Below are positions 1-9,200 of a stretch of DNA of 50,798 nt, piece by piece. Location: assembly GCA_964634895.1 (NCBI GenBank), contig CAZWJS010000002.1:1-50798 (forward strand), in the 5' to 3' direction. Each line of letters begins with the position of its first letter. Position 1 is the first letter of the stretch. Made by a program: the position numbers and the translations under genes. This stretch comes from an uncultured archaeon. Lineage in GTDB: Archaea > Thermoplasmatota > Poseidoniia > MGIII > CG-Epi1. The notes beneath the pieces are model-generated. The model did not search any database, was not told the DNA's origin, and saw only the letters and a program-made list of their open reading frames with translations.

Positions 1-241
1 ATTGTCGGATTGACTGCACTAGTTTCGCTTAGATTTCGAATGTCAGATGATAGCCTACACTGAGGTTATTATCATCTCCATAATATGTCTGCAATAACGG
101 AATAATGTCCATCACAAAATCAGGATTTCGCCGAAGTTATTGCACTCGTTAAACGAGGTCTGGTAACAGCATTAAGCTGGTCAGGCTCGTCATCACCTAA
201 AATGGTCTATATAAGAAAAACGGCATTTGGACCTAATTTAA

Positions 242-3200
242 TTATATTTTGACTTGAAATTGAGAACCTGGTTGCAAACCTTCTGGTACTGTTACTGAGA
301 CTAGTCTACCATCTGGGGCCTTAATCTGTATTTGTTGGCCAGGTTGGACTCCTTGCGGTACTGTAATACTCAATAGTGTGGGGGCTGCAGGAGGTTGTTC
401 AGGTTGAGGTGGAGCTGCTGCAGGAGGTTGTTCAGGTTGAGGTGGAGCTGCTGCAGGAGGTTGTTCAGGTTGAGGTGGAGCTACTGCAGGAGGTTGTTCA
501 GACTGTGGTAAGGCAGGCGGCACTACTGATTCTTGAGAAGTAATCCCTGGATCTCCAAATACATCTTCAACTTCCCCCGCTTGCGACCTTCTGTAGAAAA
601 AGAAAGCTCCTGCACCTCCAACAAGCATTACAAAACCTGCAACTAATGGTACAATCAAATCACCACTAGAACTTTCGCCACCTGAATCCGAAGCTTCAGG
701 CATAACAACAGTCCCTTCAACATCAATAGTTAATGTCTGAGAATCATCTTCCAGCAAATCTAAAGGTCCAACAGAAGGTGAAACACTGTTCCGATCAATT
801 TCAGCTATCAACGTTAATTCGCCATCATAATTTTTGGGGACTGAGTATTCTACCTCTATTTCAATGAGTTTTTCACCCTCAATTGTAAACGTTGTGTTTG
901 TTAATTTTGTTGAACCCTGTTTAATATTAAGTTCACCAGTTGCACTTGCACCTCCTTCATTCATAATTTCAATTGTTAGAGTTACAGCTTGACCTTCTTT
1001 GATATTCGTTGAACTTGATGTGAAGCTTTCAATGCTCAAGCTTGGTGGTGTTGTTATTTCAATCTTTTGAGAATCATCTTCGAAAGTTAATTCTTCAGAA
1101 TCCCAAAATTCTTCGTCTTCAGAGTTTACTGGTTTGATGTTAGCAAACCTGATATTCACAGACCAATCTCCAATAAACCCGGCTTCACCACCAGAAAAGA
1201 GGCTTATAACTGGTGAAGTGATATACTCACCAGAAACATCTTTAAACTTAATCTGAGATTCTTGCCCTGCAGGTAGCATAATAGAACCATAGCCGGGATC
1301 AATTTCACCTGAATAATCAACAGTTAAATCTTTGATTCCATTAGTCATAGTTATTTCAGCTGTAGCTGTTAAGTCAAAAGAGCCGTCGTTCATCACAAAA
1401 ATTTGCGGTACAACTACAATTCCATCACTAAAAGAATCTGTTTCTTCCAAGGTGACAGAATCGACCCAAACAATTCTACTAACTTTTAAATCGGGCAATT
1501 TTTTGATTTGAATTTCTATAATTTCGTCTACAAGTAGATTACCATCTCCCGATGTATCTTCGATTTTCAAATAAAGATTATTGACTGATTTTTCAGGTAT
1601 CCAATTACCAGTAAAAGGTCTTATCTCATCAATTTCTATTTTCGTTTGGTCAGTTGTTGATAAATCGTTGTCTGGGTTGACATCCTTAGCACGCAAAAGT
1701 ATTCCCTCCTCATCATTTATATACAAATAAACAATACACTCACAATATTTATCACCTTTATTTTCGATTAATAATGTCCATTCATTATTTCTGTTTTCTA
1801 CAGGAACACTAGTGGTACTAAATGTATAATCAATATTTGAGCTTGCACTATTTATTGTAACACTTTCTGTTACTTCATTATCATCATCTTCGCCTTCATC
1901 TTCCTTAGGCATGGAATCAACAATTCTTACGGTTATTTCATGAGTACCTACTGGAACATCCTGCCAACCAGACTGTATTGTTTTAGAACCTCCACCAGGT
2001 ACATCAGCTACCGTACTTGCAGAAATATATTCATCAGTTCCTCCAATATTAGCCCAAATTTCAAAGTCAACATCTGCATCTCCTTCTCCACTGTTCGTAA
2101 TTTTAGCAGATATGTATAATGTGCTTCCTTCCTTTAATTCTCCAGAGAAAGTAAGGTCAGAAATAGAAAGTTCAGCCACTGTTGTTTTTATTGATAAATC
2201 TTTTAGTATTAGTTTTCCAGGAGTTTCCGAATTGATTTTTATTGCGGTTTCAACAATATCTTGATTATTGTTAACGGCTATCTGTACTTCACTATTAAGA
2301 GCATCCACTAATTTGGAGGAAGATATTACTAAATCTACTTCATATATAATTTCTAAATCATTAAAACCCACTGTCCCTTTGCTACTACTTCCCACTTTCA
2401 AAATAATTTCAGTCATTTCAATCCCATATTCATCAACAATAGTGTCACCAGCAGATATAGCGTCTTGAAGTGCCTCTTCAATAACTGTTTTAAATGACCT
2501 TACGGCTTCGTCCCCTGCTTCATTCCATGTTAACTCTTCATTAAATTCACCAGCATATTCCCAGTCATTACTACTTCCTAACTTGACATAGGGATTGGTC
2601 GGATAATCATCACTCTTTGTTGTCCTTACATAAATATCAAGATCTTCATCTTCTTCATCAAAGACATTAGATTGTTCTTCGAATGCAAAATATGCTTTGT
2701 CTGCAACTATTGTATCCATTTTATTCCCTATAAAATAGTCCAAGTCTTCCGAATCATGATCTGTAATTTCGAAAGAATCAGACCATGTACCTCCTCCATC
2801 CTGACTAAATATAAAGAAATAATCATACCCCTCACTTGCATCAACAGAATTAGAGTAATCCTGATAAGTCAAATATGTAAAACCAGGTCCGCTTGATAAA
2901 CTAGGAAATTTATATAACATCAAATTGTCCGTATCAAGAATAAGCTTGTCCTCTCCCCAACTAACTCCATTGTCTGTAGAAATAATTCCAACGAGATCTC
3001 TAGAATTATCAGTTTTACCATCATAACTTCCACCATCCATCCAAGAAACATATAAGGTATCTTCGTGAGCAGCTATAGATGCCTGACCAAAGGAATCACT
3101 TTTATCTCCATTTAATGACTTCTGATTTGACCACGTTTCACCTCCATCTGAAGTATAACTATATTGTATTTCCCAACCTCCTACGCTACCTTGCCACACA

Positions 3201-5479
3201 ACATGATATTTCCCTTGGTTGTAAACAATTTCAGGTAGATAATCATCACCTGAATCATCACTAATTTTGATATGTTCGCTCCAACTATCTCCACTATCTT
3301 GCGAATAGGAAATATAAATATCGTAATTATCATTACTACCAAATACTCCATTGGACCAAGCCGTGACAACATGATCCTCATTTGAAGTTATCGTAGCACT
3401 ATATTTGTATCCCTCTCCATTATCATCATTAACTATAATTGGTGCAGACCAAGTCTCTCCTTTGTCTTTTGAACTACTAATATATACATCTGAATAACCT
3501 AATATGTCGTCTTGAGTCCATACAATATGAACGTCATTGTTACTTGCTGAAATATCACAACGATTATCGGCATTATATATTCTATAAGTTAACTCTGTTT
3601 CAGCATCACTCTCCTGATTTGAAATAACTGTAGGCAAATTCCAGTTTTCCCCACCGTCATCAGAACGTCTAAAAACAATATCTCCGTCATCTACGCGAGC
3701 ATCATTACCATTACTGTCTCCTTCCTGATCATAATCTCCATCATCGATATAACAAAGGTATAATGAATTGTCTGAATAGGCGATTGCTGGATTTGATGAA
3801 TCAGCTTCATAGTAATACTCTGATATATGTTGTATGCGGTTGCCTGGAGAAACTTCCCATGTTAGACCATTATCATCACTTTTCGTATAATGAATATCAT
3901 CATCTGAGGATGCCCCTGTCTCATCAGTCCTATCTACCCATGTAACTACGACTTCATCTTCAGTTTGGTCAACATCAATTTGCACATTGCTTCGATAATC
4001 TTCATCTTCAAGTCCATCAACATTAACTGGAGTATTCCAAGATGAACCCTTATTGGCACTTCTTGCAACATTCACCACGTAATTTAAATCAAAATCTAAA
4101 CCTGACCATCCTAAAAAGTAATCATTATCTCCATCATTAGATGAATCTAAGTAATCAATAGTGAAATCATTTCCATTTGAAGCAGTTTGCTCAGAGCTGA
4201 AACTACTACCAGAATTACTAGAACTTCTGCTTTTAAGATCTGTTTGGGTGCTTGTACTACCTATTTCAGCCCAAGCAACAACTACATCACTTCCCGATGC
4301 TGTTACAGTTACTTCAGTGACCGTAAGGTCACCACTGCCGCTTAATTTACTGCCTGAAGAAAAAGTTTCTCCATTGTCATCTGAAATTGAATATCTTGTC
4401 TCATAATATCCTGTTTCAGCATCTGCCTCTCTCCAAACTACATGAACTTTACCATCACTCTGAACTAAAGTAGAATCAAGTGAATTTGCTTCTTGACCAG
4501 TAATTGTAACTTGGTCAGACCAGGTATTGCCATTATCTGAGGATTTCGAATAAAAAACATTCCAATTCGCATCTCCAGTCTCAGCACCACACCAAACAAG
4601 GTGAATCGTATCTGATGAATCTACAACCATATCAAAGCCATATAATTGTTGTTCATTTCCTACGCCAGCATCTGTAGGTGTTGACCAACTGTTACCACCG
4701 TTAGTACTATAACTCATTTGAAAAACTTCAGCTCCTAAATCTAGCATCCAGAATGCAACAAGAAGATCATCAGATGCACTTAATGCAGGATAATATATTC
4801 CACCAAGGCCCTCATCGTCTCCCCACTCTCTAAGCAAAAATGGTTCATTCCAACTATCGCTAGTGTAAGACCTAAAAATTAAATTATAATATCCATTTCC
4901 TCGAGTATCTAAATTACCATCATCCACCCATAGCGTGTAGTAATTACCTTCATTCACTTCCAAAGAAGATGCAATGGAAACTGAACCACCATTAGTATTA
5001 GTGGAGGCTAGGTTATAATCATCCAACTCTCCAGAGCCATATGGAAGGCCTGTCAAATTTACCTTAGCACTAGTTATTGTAGAATTAGTAGGAATATATA
5101 ATGATATTTCTTCTTCACCGGCAGAGGAAAAAGTTGCTGAGCTACTAATTGAATCAGAAACAAATCTTTTCTGATTGCCTAATGCACCATAACCTGAAGC
5201 ATCATACTTCCACTCATAATCTGAAATACCTATAGAAATTGATTCGGGAGATTCATCACCAAGTGAGGGAGAAACGACGAAGGAAGCATCAAGAACGTCA
5301 GTAGCTGGAAATTTTACAGTGGTGTTCCTTTCTTCCTGATTACCTTTTAAATTTATCGTAAAGGAAGATTGATCATTATCCTCTCTTGTGTATAATGTTG
5401 ATGTTTCACTAATTCCAAAACTGCTAAACACCAATATAAAAGCTATAACTAAATTTGCAAACTTGCGTTTAAACAACAT
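242..5479 (-). CDS. Giant anchored surface protein with BNR/Asp-box beta-propellers and CARDB-like modules
   Basis: 1745-aa ORF. N-terminal hydrophobic signal/anchor (FANLVIAFILVFSSFGIS). About 12 Asp-box motifs (SSDNGNTWS, SDDNGLTWE, SDDGGENWN, SKDKGETWS, SQDSGDSWS, TSDGGETWS, STDNGVSWG, SQDGGGTWS and others), enough for two 6-bladed propellers. CARDB-like segments (e.g. ISAKITNSGEGDADVDFEIW, LTIEIMNEGGASATGEL). C-terminal TM (LIVPLVAGFVMLVGGAGAFFFY) followed by a Pro-rich tail. Confidence 0.75.
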   Translation of the reverse strand: MLFKRKFANLVIAFILVFSSFGISETSTLYTREDNDQSSFTINLKGNQEERNTTVKFPATDVLDASFVVSPSLGDESPESISIGISDYEWKYDASGYGALGNQKRFVSDSISSSATFSSAGEEEISLYIPTNSTITSAKVNLTGLPYGSGELDDYNLASTNTNGGSVSIASSLEVNEGNYYTLWVDDGNLDTRGNGYYNLIFRSYTSDSWNEPFLLREWGDDEGLGGIYYPALSASDDLLVAFWMLDLGAEVFQMSYSTNGGNSWSTPTDAGVGNEQQLYGFDMVVDSSDTIHLVWCGAETGDANWNVFYSKSSDNGNTWSDQVTITGQEANSLDSTLVQSDGKVHVVWREADAETGYYETRYSISDDNGETFSSGSKLSGSGDLTVTEVTVTASGSDVVVAWAEIGSTSTQTDLKSRSSSNSGSSFSSEQTASNGNDFTIDYLDSSNDGDNDYFLGWSGLDFDLNYVVNVARSANKGSSWNTPVNVDGLEDEDYRSNVQIDVDQTEDEVVVTWVDRTDETGASSDDDIHYTKSDDNGLTWEVSPGNRIQHISEYYYEADSSNPAIAYSDNSLYLCYIDDGDYDQEGDSNGNDARVDDGDIVFRRSDDGGENWNLPTVISNQESDAETELTYRIYNADNRCDISASNNDVHIVWTQDDILGYSDVYISSSKDKGETWSAPIIVNDDNGEGYKYSATITSNEDHVVTAWSNGVFGSNDNYDIYISYSQDSGDSWSEHIKISDDSGDDYLPEIVYNQGKYHVVWQGSVGGWEIQYSYTSDGGETWSNQKSLNGDKSDSFGQASIAAHEDTLYVSWMDGGSYDGKTDNSRDLVGIISTDNGVSWGEDKLILDTDNLMLYKFPSLSSGPGFTYLTYQDYSNSVDASEGYDYFFIFSQDGGGTWSDSFEITDHDSEDLDYFIGNKMDTIVADKAYFAFEEQSNVFDEEDEDLDIYVRTTKSDDYPTNPYVKLGSSNDWEYAGEFNEELTWNEAGDEAVRSFKTVIEEALQDAISAGDTIVDEYGIEMTEIILKVGSSSKGTVGFNDLEIIYEVDLVISSSKLVDALNSEVQIAVNNNQDIVETAIKINSETPGKLILKDLSIKTTVAELSISDLTFSGELKEGSTLYISAKITNSGEGDADVDFEIWANIGGTDEYISASTVADVPGGGSKTIQSGWQDVPVGTHEITVRIVDSMPKEDEGEDDDNEVTESVTINSASSNIDYTFSTTSVPVENRNNEWTLLIENKGDKYCECIVYLYINDEEGILLRAKDVNPDNDLSTTDQTKIEIDEIRPFTGNWIPEKSVNNLYLKIEDTSGDGNLLVDEIIEIQIKKLPDLKVSRIVWVDSVTLEETDSFSDGIVVVPQIFVMNDGSFDLTATAEITMTNGIKDLTVDYSGEIDPGYGSIMLPAGQESQIKFKDVSGEYITSPVISLFSGGEAGFIGDWSVNIRFANIKPVNSEDEEFWDSEELTFEDDSQKIEITTPPSLSIESFTSSSTNIKEGQAVTLTIEIMNEGGASATGELNIKQGSTKLTNTTFTIEGEKLIEIEVEYSVPKNYDGELTLIAEIDRNSVSPSVGPLDLLEDDSQTLTIDVEGTVVMPEASDSGGESSSGDLIVPLVAGFVMLVGGAGAFFFYRRSQAGEVEDVFGDPGITSQESVVPPALPQSEQPPAVAPPQPEQPPAAAPPQPEQPPAAAPPQPEQPPAAPTLLSITVPQGVQPGQQIQIKAPDGRLVSVTVPEGLQPGSQFQVKI
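384..501 (-). repeat. In-frame 33-bp tandem repeat: three identical units plus a partial fourth, encoding PPQPEQPPAAA
   Basis: Units 384-416, 417-449 and 450-482 are identical (gctgcaggaggttgttcaggttgaggtggagct). A fourth unit starts at 483 with one mismatch and diverges after about 501. It lies in the cytoplasmic tail of the 1745-aa ORF. Confidence 0.9.
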
Positions 5480-5507
5480 ACATGCCTCGAATGTTAATTA
5501 GGCTAGC

Positions 5508-5518
5508 TTTTAATATAA
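5508..5518 (+). promoter_or_regulatory. TATA-like element in the 57-bp divergent intergenic region
   Basis: ttttaatataa lies 19-29 nt upstream of the alaX ATG (5537). The same AT-rich block lies about 30-40 nt upstream of the minus-strand start at 5479. No SD-like sequence is seen, which fits a leaderless or very short leader. Confidence 0.35.
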
Positions 5519-5536
5519 GTTTCACTGATACTATTT

Positions 5537-6262
5537 ATGACAAAACAATATCACATGGATTCACATAATGGTACGTATATCAAAAACTTCAGTGCTAAAG
5601 TTGAAGCTACATTTCCAGGCATTGTTGAATTAGATCAGACAGCTTTCTACCATTTGGGTGGAGGGCAACCAGCTGATACTGGTAGTCTATCATGGAATGA
5701 TAAAGAAGCTATTGTGGTCGATGTTAGGAAAAAAAACAGAATAAGGCATATGGTAAAAGGAGAATTACCAGAAATAGGTTCAGAAGTGAAGGGAACTTTG
5801 GATTGGGACCGCAGATATGAGCATATGAAAATGCATACTTCGCAACATTTAGTGTCAGCAGTAGTTAGTGAGCTTTATGGTTCCGATACAGTTGGAAATC
5901 AAATTGGACAAACTAAGTCAAGAATTGATTTTAAACCCTTAAAGTTATCACTAGATGAGCTAGAAGAACTTCAAATTAAAGTTAATAAATATATAGATGA
6001 GGATCTTAGCGTCAATATTTCTGAAAGAGATCGCTCGGAATTAGAAAATAATAAAGAAATTCGTTCTAGCATGTCAAGTGGTCTGTGGAAAATGTTACCA
6101 AGTAGTGTGAAGAGATTGAGAGTTATTAGCATAGGTGATATTGATGTTTGTCCGTGTGCTGGAACTCATGTCCGAAGTCTTTCAGAGATTGGAAAAGTTA
6201 ATTTCCTTAAAAAAGAAAATAAAGGCTCGCAAAAACTAAGATTAAATTATCAACTAAGTTAG
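5537..6262 (+). CDS. alaX: AlaX-type alanyl-tRNA editing protein (tRNA_SAD domain)
   Basis: 241 aa. Has FYHLGGGQPADTG, the zinc motif HTSQHL (HxxxH) and CPCAGTHV (CxxxH), as in the AlaRS/ThrRS second additional domain and free-standing AlaX-M. Confidence 0.85.
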   Translation: MTKQYHMDSHNGTYIKNFSAKVEATFPGIVELDQTAFYHLGGGQPADTGSLSWNDKEAIVVDVRKKNRIRHMVKGELPEIGSEVKGTLDWDRRYEHMKMHTSQHLVSAVVSELYGSDTVGNQIGQTKSRIDFKPLKLSLDELEELQIKVNKYIDEDLSVNISERDRSELENNKEIRSSMSSGLWKMLPSSVKRLRVISIGDIDVCPCAGTHVRSLSEIGKVNFLKKENKGSQKLRLNYQLS

Positions 6263-9200
6263 TCCAATTTTATTATTTGATCTGAGTTCTCGACCTTTAT
6301 GCGTGTGTATCAAATCTAGTTCCATATCAGTGGGGTTGCCTGCACGAATTATTAATTCCAAATCAAAACTTATTTCGTTAAATGTTCCTAAGTCTCCAAT
6401 AAAAAATGCATTCTCACTGAATGAATAGGAAATATCGGGTTTAATATTTGAAATAGCTAGCATAGCACTGTTAAATATTGGGCACAATGAACAATTTTCA
6501 ATTACTTCTGAAGAATAATTACTGATATTTATCTTTAATTTAATCAGATTAGTTTGTCTTTCAACAATTGTGTTTACTACAATCTCCTTCTCAGAAAGGT
6601 AATTATCAACCATTTCCCTATTAGCAGCTATTGTTTCCTGAATCAAAGGCTCCAAGCTCAGTTTTCCACCAAGAATCTGTTCTACATCTCCATTCCAATC
6701 CTTAAGATTAGGATTTTGTCCTTCAAAAGACCTTACGAGATTTGCCAATTTACTTCGTAAGTACTTGTCAACTTCACCATATACTACGGCAGCTAAATAA
6801 CAATTAGTTCCTCTTTGAAGAATAACAGTATTGTCTCCGTAATCAATAGCACCTAGATCTCCAGTTGACTGGAAAGAATCCTGTACAAAATCATTGATTG
6901 CAGTTAACATTCCACTCATAATATCAGTGTCAGTCTGGGCCTCTCCAGTACCAACATATTCTAGCAATCGGCCATCTTGGTAAATTAAATACAATTGTTC
7001 AATTTTATACTTTGCAATTGGTTTTGATTCAATTAATTGTATATTATCATCAATTTCTTGATTCTTGGATTTATACAATAAAAAACCGCCAGCAGATAAA
7101 AGGATAATTCCAACACCTAACATTATGGGTAGTATTCCTTCCATCCCGAATTGACTTGTTGATGTTTTTTCATTAGTTTCATAAAACTTTACAACTTCTT
7201 CCATCACAATAGTCTTTTCACCAGATATACTCGAGTGTTTAAATTCATCTTCCGTCCATATTCTATAATAGTATGTTTTATCTGAGTCAAGATTATCCTC
7301 AATATATTCATGAGCTCCAGATTCACATGGTTCGATAATATTTTCATTAAACCATCCCTTTGATTTGTCAGTAGTCCTCTGAACTTTACATAAAGCAAGA
7401 TTCTCTTCAACTACAAAAGAAATTACAACATTACTAGTATTTGTGTGAGTTATTGCCAAGTCTCTTGCAATTGGAGGTGCGGCAGTGTATACTTCAAAAA
7501 CTTCATGTACTCCTGAATATATTATCTGAATGTTGTTTTCACCCAACACTGGAACAAAACCGCCACTTTTTATCCCTCCAAAAATAACTCTTTTATTATC
7601 CACATCAAGGAAAAATTCATCATCTTGCAGCCGGCTTTCATTATTACCTTGCTTCAATTGGTACTCGTAGACTCCATCTGAATCTTGATCAATTTTAACA
7701 ATAAAGTTGTTATCTATTTTTGTTAAAGGAATGTATTCTAAATCTATAAATTGATCAAACGTATCATTCCCACTATATATTCTTGTAGTATCTAATGGGT
7801 TTTCTATATTTCCTGCAAGGTCAAGACTTTTGATTACTAAATAATACCTCATAGAATCCTGTAACCCTGTTAAACTTATTGTCCCTTCTTCAGATTCATG
7901 TGAATAATAATACCATGCAAGACTATGTGCTGGTTTATCTACTGATTCAAGAGCAATAAATATATCAAATTCCAAATTGAGGTCATTAGTCTGATAAGTT
8001 ATTGTAAGATTTTCATCTCCCCATTTAGAAGGAATTTCAAGCAAGGATAAAGTATCACTGCTAGGATCATAATTAACCATAAAATCATAACTCTCTTTAA
8101 CTTCAATATTACCTGCATTGTCCTTTGCAATAATTTTGAAACCATAATGACCCATATCATTCATATTAAAAATAATACTAGACTTTTCATTAAAATTATA
8201 TGAAGCATTTTCAGTCCACACCACTGTAGTGGGATTAAGAAATGCATTAGTGAAATTAGTGTATTCAACAGTTATTGAATATTCAGATACATCACTATGG
8301 CTAGAGGACCATGATAAATATATTTCATTTTGACTGCTGAAATAGTAATCTTCTGTTAATTCTTCGAAGTAAGAATCCGGTTTAGTCGTATCAACATTTA
8401 CTTCATAATCATATCCTGTCTTAGTTTCTACATTTCCATAAATATCTCGTGAAATTGATTTAAATCTGTATTTTGTTGAATCCTGACCATCAAAATATAC
8501 AATACTTTCATTGAATGTACCCAATAAAGTCCATTCCGCAAAATTTTCTCCATCATTTTTTAAGTAATAGATATCATAACTCATAAAATCAGATTGTCCA
8601 TCAACAATGTTCAAATTAATAGGAATCTGTTTTGTTTTAATTAAAGGGCTATCACAATACAAAAATGTAGTAGGCGCTATGACATCTAAATAGGCAACAA
8701 TAGTTTGATTTCTGTTTAATTCTATATCAATCAAATTTAAAATATCATTGTGATAATAACCAAATGAATAATTATTAAAATTTATATTTAAACCTGAATT
8801 ATCCACTTTTAGAGTAGTTAAAAGTAGATACTTTGAGAAGCCATTATCCATTGTATTTGAATATATCTTTTCAATGTTAACATAATTTTGATAGTAAAAT
8901 TGATGATTTGGGGAAGGAGAACCATCATCTGTAACGATTTGTACTTTAATATTATATCTTTCAAATATAAAGGCTGAAGTACAATCAAAATTATCATAAT
9001 TGTTAACTACATACGAAGAATCAATAAATTCTAAACAGATGACGCCTTGTTCATAATAATTAGTTAAGATATTTGAACTAGAATTTACTGAATAGATGCC
9101 AACGTCAAAATTAGATAGATTATTCATCTGAATAATTATTTCATTAGAATCTAATATTTGAATGCTATACGAATTGTTAGTTATTAAATTGTGACTGAAA

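Noticed and set aside
1-241. Possible 3' end of a plus-strand gene (frame 1 open from the window edge to TGA at 61-63) and an otherwise unassigned 180-nt spacer
   Set aside because: Only 20 codons are visible and there are no recognisable motifs. No RNA-gene-like structure or repeat that I could verify by eye. Left unannotated.
384-501. Regularly spaced identical repeats, briefly considered as a CRISPR-like or non-coding array
   Set aside because: The units are contiguous with no spacers. They are in frame and translate to a Pro-rich peptide repeat within a long ORF.
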